From: Syntrophales bacterium
GTDB taxonomy: Bacteria; Desulfobacterota; Syntrophia; Syntrophales; UBA4778
Direction of reading: 5' to 3'
NCBI GenBank assembly: GCA_028712885.1
Contig: JAQTPK010000003.1
Location: forward strand, 11,129-75,128
Length of the DNA: 64,000 bases
In this document: one piece after another, positions 45,412 through 54,061 of the stretch
Numbering within the stretch: position 1 is the first letter of the stretch
Layout of the letters: every line of letters begins with the position of its first letter
Position numbers and translations under genes: made by a program
The notes under the pieces: generated by a model
What the model was told of the DNA's origin: nothing
What the model saw: the letters and a program-made list of their open reading frames with translations, nothing else
Database searches by the model: none

Positions 45412-46179
45412 ATGGTTGATGTTCAGAATCTGCGGGACAAAAGAAAAATAAATATCCAGAAGGTCGGGGTAAAGGGAATCAAATACCCGATTATAGTTCT
45501 CGACCGGCAAAACGGCGTCCAGCACGTCAATGCCACCGTCAGCATGTACGTGAATCTCCCGCATCTGTTCAAGGGAACCCACATGAGCCGGTTCATTGAG
45601 GTGCTCAATGCATATCGGGGTCGCATCAATATAAAGACGTTTAAAGTGATCCTTTCGAAAATCCGGGAAAAGCTCAATGCCCAATCCTCGCACATGGAAA
45701 TCGAATTCAATTACTTCGTGGAGAAGGAAGCCCCCGTTTCCCATGCCAAGAGTCTCATGGAATACACCTGCCGCTTCAGCGGAGAGACCGACGGCAAAAA
45801 GACCGATTTCCTGGTCGGGGTGAAAGTTCCGGTGACGACGGTTTGCCCGTGCTCCAAGGAGATCAGCGAATTCGGCGCGCATAACCAGAGGGGAATGGTG
45901 GTTGTGAACGTCCGTTTCAAATCCTTCTTCTGGATAGAAGACCTGATCAGGATAGTCGAGGAATCCGCGAGCGCAGAAGTATTCTCCCTGCTCAAGAGGT
46001 CGGATGAGAAATTCGTGACGGAAAAGGCTTTTTCAAACCCGATGTTCGTCGAGGACGTGGTCCGCAGCATCGCCGTCAAGCTGAACAGCGATCCCAATTT
46101 CACCTGGTACAGCGTGGAAGCGGAAAACCTGGAGAGCATCCATTATCACAGCGCCTACGCCTACGTTGAAAAGGAATAA
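45412..46179 (+). CDS. folE2: GTP cyclohydrolase FolE2/MptA (type IB)
   Basis: 255 aa; DVQNLRDKRKINIQKVGVKGIKYPI, VSMYVNLPHLFKGTHMSRF, VTTVCPCSKEIS, GAHNQRG. Confidence 0.88.
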   Translation: MVDVQNLRDKRKINIQKVGVKGIKYPIIVLDRQNGVQHVNATVSMYVNLPHLFKGTHMSRFIEVLNAYRGRINIKTFKVILSKIREKLNAQSSHMEIEFNYFVEKEAPVSHAKSLMEYTCRFSGETDGKKTDFLVGVKVPVTTVCPCSKEISEFGAHNQRGMVVVNVRFKSFFWIEDLIRIVEESASAEVFSLLKRSDEKFVTEKAFSNPMFVEDVVRSIAVKLNSDPNFTWYSVEAENLESIHYHSAYAYVEKE

Positions 46180-46218
46180 CGAGCGTGAAACGCGCGAAAT
46201 GCGGGAAAATACCATAAT

Positions 46219-46334
46219 CGTAAGGCGTAAGGAGTGAGGAGTAAGGTGTTTTTAAAAAAAGCACCGTCCTGAGCGATCTTTAAATGTCATTTCGAATCCG
46301 CCGCGGCGGATGAGAAATCTTTGGGACTGATTGA
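46219..46334. repeat. 116-bp composite repeat, right inverted copy (S6 words + linker + half MITE)
   Basis: cgtaaggcgtaaggagtgaggagtaaggtgtttttaaaaaaagcaccgtcctgagcgatctttaaatgtcatttcgaatccgccgcggcggatgagaaatctttgggactgattga. Confidence 0.85.
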
Positions 46335-46419
46335 CTGAAAGATTTCTCGTCGCTTCGCTCCTCGAAATGACGTATAAAGTGCTCCTCGAAATGACATATT
46401 AAGTGCTCCTCGAAATGAC
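46286..46419 (+). mobile_element. 86-bp palindromic MITE-like element, copy B, plus two 24-nt tandem tail units
   Basis: 46286-46371 is colinear with 28454-28539. It is followed by gtataaagtgctcctcgaaatgac / atattaagtgctcctcgaaatgac (46372-46419). Confidence 0.8.
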
Positions 46420-46444
46420 ATCAGGGGGCTCCTGGTTTTGCTTT

Positions 46445-46646
46445 ACCCAATACCCAATACCCAATACCCATAAAACCCCCTAAACAGAAAGAAGCTGAGA
46501 AGCTGAGACAAAAACCCATGGCGGAATAAACTCTGCCTCAAAGGACCTTTCCCGTTTTTTCCGCCTTTCCCGCTCCATGACGCAATGGACCAACAGACGC
46601 AACGGCCGCAATGGACGCTTTTCGCTCCTTTCCCGCCCTTCCCGCT
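46445..46646. repeat. Composite array of word repeats (S5, S1, S2, S3, S2)
   Basis: acccaatacccaatacccaataccca (46445-); gaagctgagaagctgaga (46491-46508); cctttcccgttttttccgcctttcccgc (46546-46573); gacgcaatggaccaacagacgcaacggccgcaatggacgc (46579-46618); cctttcccgcccttcccgc (46627-46646). Confidence 0.8.
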
Positions 46647-47056
46647 TATTTTTCATCCCCGCCCTGCTTCGCCTTCGCCTGCATCATTTTCTCGATAACC
46701 GGCGGGAGCGTTTCCGCCATTTTCGCCAGAATTCCTCTTTTTTCACCCAGATTATAAACACAGACAAGACCCTGTTCGTCGACACTGACGAGGCCTACGG
46801 GAGAAATCCTCAGGCATCCGCCGGTCCCCCCGCCTTTCCCCTCCCCCTTGCCTTTCCCGGTTCGGCCTTTTTCGTCCGTCCCGCCGCCTTCTCCCTCCCC
46901 CATGAATCCTCCGCCTCCCGCGCCGATGCTTATTTCGACAAAGGGAATAAATATCTTCCCCTTCACGTCCATGGGATCGCCGATGACGGTCTTGCTCCGG
47001 GCAAGTCCGTCCAGTCTGGAAAAGAGCGTCTCAATCAGCATTTTCACGTGTTCCAT
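46646..47056 (-). CDS. GerW/YtfJ-family protein
   Basis: 136 aa; ...KTVIGDPMDVKGKIFIPFVEISIGAGGGGF, a Gly-rich insert, then GGCLRISPVGLVSVDEQGL, as in sporulation protein YtfJ (family call from memory). Confidence 0.6.
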   Translation of the reverse strand: MEHVKMLIETLFSRLDGLARSKTVIGDPMDVKGKIFIPFVEISIGAGGGGFMGEGEGGGTDEKGRTGKGKGEGKGGGTGGCLRISPVGLVSVDEQGLVCVYNLGEKRGILAKMAETLPPVIEKMMQAKAKQGGDEK

Positions 47057-47682
47057 TTTTTCTTCCTCCTGGATAGTGCAGATATTATCTCCCGCCCGCT
47101 GCGGGAGGCCGCGAAAGCGGCTGCCTGCAAAATTATGCCGGCAAGAAAGATCCTGAGACTGAAGCGGCCCTCAAGGGCGAATTTTTCTTCCGCGAATTCG
47201 GGCAGCACCACGACGGGAAGGGGCAGCCAGGAAATTACGGCCGCCAGCATCCCGAGGAGTAATCCCGTGTCCGCCGGGTCTCCAAGGCCGACTGCGACTG
47301 TAATCATCCCCTCGGGGGAGATGGAGCGGCAAATTCTCCGGGCTGCACTCAATACGCCCGGGCTGTTGAAAATGAGCGCGGCGATCAGGTCGGGCCCTCC
47401 CCCCCGCTTCCCCTTTTTCGCCTGCGTTTTCTTTTTCGGCTTCTTTTCCCTCTTCCGTCCGCCGTTCCGCACCACGAGAAACAATCTTTTCCTCCCGAGG
47501 AAGAAGCTCGTTCCCCCGCCGGCGCCGTATTCCAATCTGAGAAAATCCCAGGCCCAGGCGACAAGGATCGAGCCCGAGAATCCTCTTTCGAATCTGCCGC
47601 CCGCGGTTACCCGGAAGGGGATGAACAGGATCATCCCGAAGAGGACAATTGCTGAGATGAGAACGGCTGATAATGCAGTCAT
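47044..47682 (-). CDS. DUF2953/YtfI-like membrane protein
   Basis: 212 aa; N-terminal TM, central Lys/Arg/Gly-rich linker (RKREKKPKKKTQAKKGKRGGG), second hydrophobic half; 13-nt overlap with the GerW-like gene. Family call from memory. Confidence 0.45.
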   Translation of the reverse strand: MTALSAVLISAIVLFGMILFIPFRVTAGGRFERGFSGSILVAWAWDFLRLEYGAGGGTSFFLGRKRLFLVVRNGGRKREKKPKKKTQAKKGKRGGGPDLIAALIFNSPGVLSAARRICRSISPEGMITVAVGLGDPADTGLLLGMLAAVISWLPLPVVVLPEFAEEKFALEGRFSLRIFLAGIILQAAAFAASRSGREIISALSRRKKKWNT

Positions 47683-47848
47683 ACGGAAGGGACGGGGGAT
47701 TTCGGGTTATCGGCGATGCTTTTCATATTCTTGTTTTCTTTATCCTCTGCGTCAAATTATTTCTTCAAAAAAGTTGCACGGAGGAATCAGAAATATTAAA
47801 TTAAGCGGCTTGAAGCGTATGCTCAAATACCTGTCATAAGGATCGCCG

Positions 47849-49408
47849 ATGCAAAAAGGAATCATCAAAGCCAATTTCGTCGTATTTATCGCAAGCTTCT
47901 GCACGCTGGTCATCGAGCTCGTGGCGGGCAGGATAATGGCCCCTTACGTGGGGGTGTCCCTCTATACGTGGACCAGCATCATCGGCGTCGTCCTAGCCGG
48001 CATCAGCATCGGGGCCTACGCGGGAGGCCTGATTGCGGACCGTTTTCCGAGGGCGTCCACGCTGGGATGGCTCCTGTTTCTCTCCGGGATAGCCGCCCTG
48101 ACCATTTCGCCGCTGACAAATTTTGCGGGGAACGTCCATCTGCAGACATCGCTCATGGTCCGAATCCTTCTCCTGACAGCCGCCATCTTTTTCATCCCCT
48201 CCTGCCTGCTCGGGATGATCTCGCCGGTTGTTGTAAAACTGACCCTGAGCAATCTCGAAAAAACGGGGAACGTCGTCGGCAAGATCTATGCTTTCTCCAC
48301 CCTGGGATCGATCCTCGGGACCTTTGCGACCGGGTTTTTCCTGATCTCCTGGATGGGAACCCGGAATCTGCTGTTCACCATGGGCGCCATCCTGATCGCC
48401 TCCGCCCCCGTTTTCGGCGGGGGATTCATGAAAAAGAAATTCTTCGCGGCTTTCCTGGCCGTACTCGCTCCGCTCCTCTGGGCGTTTTACGGCCATGCCT
48501 TCCGCGCCCCGGTAGACAGCTCGACCTATTACTTTGAGGAAAGCGATTATTATACGATCAAGGCGAAAAAGCACCGGACACGGGACAAAAAACGGATGGT
48601 TGACGCCCTCGTGCTCGATCACCTGGTCCACTCCATCAACGATACAGAAAACCCCTTGTACCTGGATTATGAATACATCCGCATGTATGAGGAGTTCGTC
48701 AGATGGCACCTGGGCGGCAACAATTCTCCGCGCGCGCTTTTCATCGGCGGAGGCGGTTATACCTTTCCCCGCTATCTTGACGCGAAATACCCGGGAGCGG
48801 AAATCGACGTGGTGGAAATCGATCCCGCGGTAACGGAGGCCGCGTACCGATACATGGGGCTTTCACGCGACACAAGGATACGCTCGTTTAACGAGGACGG
48901 GCGGTGGTTCGTAATGAACTCCCGTGAAAAGGGCAAATACGATTTTATCTTCGGCGACGCCTTCAACGACCTGTCGATCCCCTACCACCTGACCACGCTC
49001 GAATTCAACCGGATGCTGGCGGACCTCCTGAAGCCCGACGGCATACTGCTCGCCAACCTGATCGACAGCTATGAGCGGGGCCTGTTCCTGCCCTCGTACA
49101 TCCGCACGCTGGAGGAGGTATTCGGCAGGGGCAACGTTCATCTTGTCTCGCGCTCCCCGAATTACCGCAAGCTGGGGATCAGCACTTTCATTATCATCGC
49201 GAGCAGGAAACCGCTGGATATCAGTGACTTTAATGCGGCAGTCACGGTTCAAGCCGGCGCCGGAAAAATGTCGTTTGTCATCCCGCAGGAAGAGCTTCAG
49301 CAGCACCTCGCGGAGCGGTCCCCCTTCGTCCTCACCGACGACTATGTTCCCGCAGACAATCTGATTGCGCCTATTTTTGAGGAGAGGTTCGGGTACGCTA
49401 AAAAATAG
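47849..49408 (+). CDS. Fused multi-TM / spermidine-synthase-like (class I SAM-dependent aminopropyl- or methyltransferase) protein
   Basis: 519 aa; about 7 N-terminal TM helices, then ALFIGGGGYTFPRYL...EIDVVEIDPAVTEAA...DFIFGDAFNDLSIPYHLTT (spermidine synthase-like Rossmann motifs). Confidence 0.7.
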   Translation: MQKGIIKANFVVFIASFCTLVIELVAGRIMAPYVGVSLYTWTSIIGVVLAGISIGAYAGGLIADRFPRASTLGWLLFLSGIAALTISPLTNFAGNVHLQTSLMVRILLLTAAIFFIPSCLLGMISPVVVKLTLSNLEKTGNVVGKIYAFSTLGSILGTFATGFFLISWMGTRNLLFTMGAILIASAPVFGGGFMKKKFFAAFLAVLAPLLWAFYGHAFRAPVDSSTYYFEESDYYTIKAKKHRTRDKKRMVDALVLDHLVHSINDTENPLYLDYEYIRMYEEFVRWHLGGNNSPRALFIGGGGYTFPRYLDAKYPGAEIDVVEIDPAVTEAAYRYMGLSRDTRIRSFNEDGRWFVMNSREKGKYDFIFGDAFNDLSIPYHLTTLEFNRMLADLLKPDGILLANLIDSYERGLFLPSYIRTLEEVFGRGNVHLVSRSPNYRKLGISTFIIIASRKPLDISDFNAAVTVQAGAGKMSFVIPQEELQQHLAERSPFVLTDDYVPADNLIAPIFEERFGYAKK

Positions 49409-49668
49409 AAGCTGAGAGGCTGAGAGGATCAGAACCTGAGAATCGGGGAACCCTGGCAAGACGAGGGGCCGGAAATTCTGAATTGGCCTGAAACACCCTC
49501 GATGGGTCGAGGGTGTTGAATCAGGTTCATTGAAACCGGCATTTCTGGATGCCGGATCAGGTCCGGCATGACACTCAATGCCGTCATTCCGGCGGAAGCC
49601 GGAATCCAGACCGTATATAAGCGATGCGTCCTTTCTCAGCCTCTCAGCTTCTCAGCCTCCCAGCTTCT
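49408..49668. repeat. Nested repeat structure between convergent genes: S1 words, F2-type hairpins, S1 words inverted
   Basis: gaagctgagaggctgagaggatcagaacctgaga (49408-49443); gccggatcaggtccggcat hairpin at 49551-49569 and again at 49670-49688; gtcattccggcggaagccggaatccag (49583-49609); ttctcagcctctcagcttctcagcctcccagcttct (49633-49668). Confidence 0.8.
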
Positions 49669-52600
49669 GCCGGATCAGGTCCGGCATTGGATACAAGGTC
49701 ACGCTCCGGTTCGTCCGGCTGCTGCTCACACTTCTTCTTTTTCCAGAAAGGCGGCGACCATCCCCGGAACCCCCTGCGCTTAAGGTTTTCCTGCCAGTCG
49801 TCGAACGTGTCGTAAGCGGCGGGAACGACCACGAGCGTGAGAAAGAGCGATGTCATCAGCCCCCCGATGACAGCTATTCCCATGGGCGAACGGGTCTCCG
49901 CTCCTTCCCCCAGGCCGAGGGCGACCGGAAGCATCCCGAAGACCATGGCGAACGTTGTCATAAGAATCGGCCGCAGCCGGACGGGCCCGGCCTGAAGGAT
50001 GGCTTCCCTTCGCGACATCCCCCTCTCTCTGAGCGTGTTTGTGTAATCCACAAGAAGGATCGCATTTTTCTTCACGAGTCCCATGAGCAGAATCAAACCG
50101 ATAAAGCTGAAAATACTGATGGTCTTGCCCGTGATCAGCAGGGCGCCGAATGCGCCCACAAAGGAAAGGGGCATGGACAGGAGCACCGTAAACGGATGGA
50201 TGAAGCTTTCGAACTGCGCGGCCAGAACCATGTAAGCCAGGATGATCCCGAGGATCAGGGCAAAAGTCAGGTACTGGAAGGACTCCCCCATTGTTTCGGC
50301 GGCGCCTTTGTATTTCGGGATGTAGTCCATGGGGAGAATTTTGGCGGCGATGCCGTTAAGCTCGCTCATCGCCTGGCCGAGCGGCTTGCCCTCCAGGCTG
50401 GCGTAGACGGTAACGGCGCGCTGTCTGTCCACCCGGTTGATAACGCTGGGACCGCCCCCTTCCCTTATATCAACTACATTGGCAAGCTCCACCAGCCTCC
50501 CGTCTCCGGCCCGGACATAGATCTTCCCGAGGTCGCCGGGGTTCATCCGGTCCGCGGCGTTAAGCCGGACCCGCAGATCGTAGCGCCTGCCCCTCTGTTC
50601 GTCCTTGTATTTGGTAACTTCCAGCTCGCCGCTGATCAGCAGGTTCACCGCCTCGGCGATCGTGGCGACGCTGATGCCCAGGTCGGCGGCCTTGTCCCGG
50701 TCGATGTGAACCTTCAATTCCGGCTGGCCTGATTCCAGCGAAGTATCGACATCGACTATCCCGGGGAGCTTGGATAATTCCGAGACTATCTGCCGCGCAT
50801 ACGTCCGCAGCGCGGTGAGATCGCTGCCCCGGATGCTGTACTGGATAGGCACGTTTCTCACGCCGCCTCCGATCAGGGACACGTCTTCCGCCGTCCCTTT
50901 CAGGCCCGGGATTCCCAGAAATTTCTTCCTCAGATCCTTTTTGACCTGCTCCTGGCTTCTCTTCCTCTCCGACTTTTTTTGCATGCTGATGAAAAGGATG
51001 GCCTTGTTGATCTGCACGGTTCGCCCGTATCCCTGGATATAAAACGCCGTCTTTATCTCGGGGGTAGTCCGGACGATCTCCTCCGCTTTGCGGAAAAGCT
51101 CGTCCGCCTTGTCCACGGAATAGTCGATGGGCGCCTCCAGCCTGACCAGGAACTGGCTCTGGTCTTCCGGAGGAACAAACTCTTTCCCCATGAATTTGGT
51201 AATGAAGATGCTGAGGACAAAAATTCCCACCGCCAGGAGAAGCACCTTTTTCCGGTGATTGAGGGAAAGCTCGAGCAGAACCCGGTATGCGGATTCCGAT
51301 TTCTTATACCACCGCTCCCACCAGTCTCCGAGCCGGAAAACAGGCTCAAAACGCGTCGGTTTGCGCGTCTTCGGACCATGCTTCTGCTCGTGCGCCTTCA
51401 GATAAAGCGACGCCATCATGGGAGTAAGGGTGAAGGAGACAAGCAGCGAGACAAGAACGGAGAAAACGACGGTCAGGGCGAACTGAATAAAAAACCGGCC
51501 GATAATCCCTTTCATGAAGGCGACGGGCAGGAAAATGGCGACTATTGCCATGGTGGTCGCCATGACGGCCAGGCCTATCTCGGAGGTGGCGAAGGAGGCT
51601 GCTTCGCGCGGCGACATGCCCTCCTCGATGTGCCGGTGGATGTTCTCGATGACGATGATCGCGTCGTCGATGAGAATCCCGATCGAAAGGGAAAGGGCCA
51701 GCATGGTCAGGTTGTTGAACGTAAAATTAAACGCCTTGATCAGGGCGAAAGTAGCGATGACCGAAACGGGCAGGGCGAGCGCGCTGATGAGGGTCGTCCG
51801 CACGTTTTTAAGAAAAATGAATACGGCCAGAACGGCCAGAATGCCGCCGAAAATGAGATGGTGCTGGACCTCATTGATCGACCTGTTAATGAAGGTGGAC
51901 TGGTCGAAAGCGATCCCGATGTCCATCCCGGGGGGAAGGTTCTTTTTTATGTTTACCAGTTCCGCCTTGACCCGGTTTACGACTTCGACGGTATTCGTCC
52001 CCGACTGTTTCTGGACTCCCAGGCCGACGGCGGGCATGCCGTTGAACCTGGCGATGGTGCGCTTTTCCTCCATCCCGTCTTCGGCCCGGCCGATATCGCG
52101 GAGCCGGACGGGCGCGCCCTTGTAGTACGACACGATCAGATCGTTGAACTCGGGAACCTTCGCGAACTCTCCCTTTATCTTCACACTGTATTCTTTGGAA
52201 ACGCTCTCGATCCGCCCGCCCGGAAGCTCGATATTTTCCCTCTTCAGCGCGTGCAGGACGTCGCTCGGCGCCACCCCGTACGCCCTCATCCGGTCGGCAT
52301 CGATCCAAACCCTGACCTGCCGGAGACGGAGCCCGTACATCCGGATCGCGCCCACCTCATTGATGCGCTGGAGCTTTTCCTTCAGGACCTCGTCGGCATA
52401 CGTTGAAAGTTCCCGGACGGGCTTGTTCCCCGTGAGGTTGAGCCAGATGACCGGATTCGCGTCCGGATCGACTTTCTGGATTATCGGCTCGTCGATATCA
52501 GTCGGGAGCTTGGAGCGGATGGTCGAAACCTTTTCCCTGACGTCCTGGACCGCCAGATCGATATCGCGCTCGAGAACGAACTCCACGGTGACGACGGCGG

Positions 52601-52862
52601 CGCCCTCCACGCTCATCGAGGTGATCGTCTTGACGCCGTTGATCGTATTCACCGCCTCCTCGATCTTGTCCGCGACGTCGATGTCCATGATCTCGGGGCT
52701 GGCGCCCTTCAGGGTCGTGCTGATATTGACGATCGGAAAGTCGACCTTGGGAAAGAGGTCGACCCCGATCCCGGGGTAGCTCACGATCCCCATCACCACC
52801 AGGGCGAGAATGAGCATTGTGGCGAAAACGGGGCGCTTGATGGAAGTATCAGCGAGCCACAT
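49644..52862 (-). CDS. RND efflux transporter, inner-membrane permease (AcrB/HAE1 type)
   Basis: 1072 aa; MWLADTSIKRPVFATMLILALVVMG, 12-TM/two-loop layout, ...DDAIIVIENI..., ...AILLVDY.... The last roughly 30 aa are encoded by the repeat structure. Confidence 0.9.
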   Translation of the reverse strand: MWLADTSIKRPVFATMLILALVVMGIVSYPGIGVDLFPKVDFPIVNISTTLKGASPEIMDIDVADKIEEAVNTINGVKTITSMSVEGAAVVTVEFVLERDIDLAVQDVREKVSTIRSKLPTDIDEPIIQKVDPDANPVIWLNLTGNKPVRELSTYADEVLKEKLQRINEVGAIRMYGLRLRQVRVWIDADRMRAYGVAPSDVLHALKRENIELPGGRIESVSKEYSVKIKGEFAKVPEFNDLIVSYYKGAPVRLRDIGRAEDGMEEKRTIARFNGMPAVGLGVQKQSGTNTVEVVNRVKAELVNIKKNLPPGMDIGIAFDQSTFINRSINEVQHHLIFGGILAVLAVFIFLKNVRTTLISALALPVSVIATFALIKAFNFTFNNLTMLALSLSIGILIDDAIIVIENIHRHIEEGMSPREAASFATSEIGLAVMATTMAIVAIFLPVAFMKGIIGRFFIQFALTVVFSVLVSLLVSFTLTPMMASLYLKAHEQKHGPKTRKPTRFEPVFRLGDWWERWYKKSESAYRVLLELSLNHRKKVLLLAVGIFVLSIFITKFMGKEFVPPEDQSQFLVRLEAPIDYSVDKADELFRKAEEIVRTTPEIKTAFYIQGYGRTVQINKAILFISMQKKSERKRSQEQVKKDLRKKFLGIPGLKGTAEDVSLIGGGVRNVPIQYSIRGSDLTALRTYARQIVSELSKLPGIVDVDTSLESGQPELKVHIDRDKAADLGISVATIAEAVNLLISGELEVTKYKDEQRGRRYDLRVRLNAADRMNPGDLGKIYVRAGDGRLVELANVVDIREGGGPSVINRVDRQRAVTVYASLEGKPLGQAMSELNGIAAKILPMDYIPKYKGAAETMGESFQYLTFALILGIILAYMVLAAQFESFIHPFTVLLSMPLSFVGAFGALLITGKTISIFSFIGLILLMGLVKKNAILLVDYTNTLRERGMSRREAILQAGPVRLRPILMTTFAMVFGMLPVALGLGEGAETRSPMGIAVIGGLMTSLFLTLVVVPAAYDTFDDWQENLKRRGFRGWSPPFWKKKKCEQQPDEPERDLVSNAGPDPAEAGRLRS

Positions 52863-53937
52863 TGACCTTCACCCCTTCCGCGAGATTGTTCTGGCCCGCG
52901 ACAACTACCGTTTCTCCGGCCTTCAGGCCTTCCGTGATCTCAATCAGCTCGCCGTACTTGCTTCCGGCCTTCACTTTTCTCTCCCGGGCGCGGTCCCCTT
53001 CCACCAGAAAAACCTTCATCTCGGATTCGTCGTAGAGGATCGACGTGATCGGCACCATTACCATCTCCCGCGCTGCCCCCGTATACAGGACGACCCGCGC
53101 GAAGAGACCGGGCTTCAGAATACCTTCACGGTTGGGGGCCAGCGCCTCCACCTGCATCGTCCTCGTCTTCTCCTCCAGATTCGGGTAGATGATATTTACG
53201 CGGGCGTTGAAGTCCCTGCCGGGCAGAGAATCGACCCGGAACTGGACGTCCTGTCCGATCTTTATCCTGCCGACGTCTTTTTCCGTGACCGAGAAAATAA
53301 GCTTGACGGGGTCGATCCGGATCAGGGCGAAAAGCGGGGTGCCGTTGCGGACATAATCACCCGCCGAAACCTTTTTCTCCTTTACGAATCCCTGGAGGGG
53401 GGAATGGATTCTCGTCTTGGCCAGCCTCTCCCGGGAGAGCGAAAGGGCCGCTTTTGCCCGGTCGACCTCGGCATCGGCCAGCGCCAGGCGGGTAGTGACG
53501 TCGTCGAACTGCTGCTGCGTCACCAGCTGCTCCTTGTAGAGGGAATTTTTCCGCTGGTGCTCGATTTTCGTATTGGCCAGTGAAGCCTGGGTCTGTTTCA
53601 GCGCGGCTTCGTTCCTCTGCGCGTCGAGCCGGTAATCCGTATCGTCGATGCCGGCGAGAACCTTGCCCTTCGATACGGGCGACCCTTCATCCACGTAGAT
53701 TCTGGTGACGAGCCCTTCCAACTGGCTGCTGGCGACGACTTCTTCAAAGGCCTTCAGATTCCCGATCGCGTCGACGAACGGCCGGAAGGATTTGATCTCC
53801 GCAGCCTGGACCCTGACGTTTATAACGCGCTCCGCGGGTTTCTCCTCCTTCTTCCTGCATCCGGAAAAAGCCCCCGGCGCAAGGAGCAGGCATAAAATAA
53901 TAGCCCAGACCACATTTTTCTTCTTCCGTTCGAGCAT
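52849..53937 (-). CDS. RND efflux membrane-fusion (periplasmic adaptor) lipoprotein
   Basis: ATG 53937 has GAGGAGG upstream (track start 53970 lies in a repeat). Lipobox-like LLAPGAFSGC; coiled-coil and barrel-sandwich motifs; 14-nt overlap with the RND gene. Confidence 0.88.
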   Translation of the reverse strand: MLERKKKNVVWAIILCLLLAPGAFSGCRKKEEKPAERVINVRVQAAEIKSFRPFVDAIGNLKAFEEVVASSQLEGLVTRIYVDEGSPVSKGKVLAGIDDTDYRLDAQRNEAALKQTQASLANTKIEHQRKNSLYKEQLVTQQQFDDVTTRLALADAEVDRAKAALSLSRERLAKTRIHSPLQGFVKEKKVSAGDYVRNGTPLFALIRIDPVKLIFSVTEKDVGRIKIGQDVQFRVDSLPGRDFNARVNIIYPNLEEKTRTMQVEALAPNREGILKPGLFARVVLYTGAAREMVMVPITSILYDESEMKVFLVEGDRARERKVKAGSKYGELIEITEGLKAGETVVVAGQNNLAEGVKVNVAR

Positions 53938-53959
53938 CAAATGCCTCCTCACGTGATAT

Positions 53960-54059
53960 GAAGGGTTCAAGGGTCCCTATAAGTTCGCTCAAATCCTTGA
54001 CCCCTTGAACCCTTGATCCCTTGAACCCTGTATTTCACTTTCTGCTTTTCACTTTTGCC
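53960..54059. repeat. S9 word repeats as an inverted pair, plus S11 words
   Basis: gaagggttcaagggtccc (53960-53977) versus ccttgaccccttgaacccttgatcccttgaaccctg (53995-54030); tatttcactttctgcttttcacttttgcc (54031-54059). Confidence 0.75.
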
Positions 54060-54061
54060 AT

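Noticed and set aside
46577-47839. Long antisense ORFs, e.g. 46577-47839 (+, 420 aa), 26435-27913 (-), 37270-38562 (+), 24807-26048 (+), 2588-3715 (-), 49578-50732 and 50979-52406 (+), 38469-39584 (+), 23516-24592 (+), 60581-61633 (-), 29850-31001 (-), 8536-9420 (-), 20082-21017 (+).
   Set aside because: Each lies opposite a gene with clear family motifs. Their translations are Arg/Pro/Gly/His-rich low-complexity strings without recognisable motifs, typical shadow ORFs of GC-biased coding DNA.
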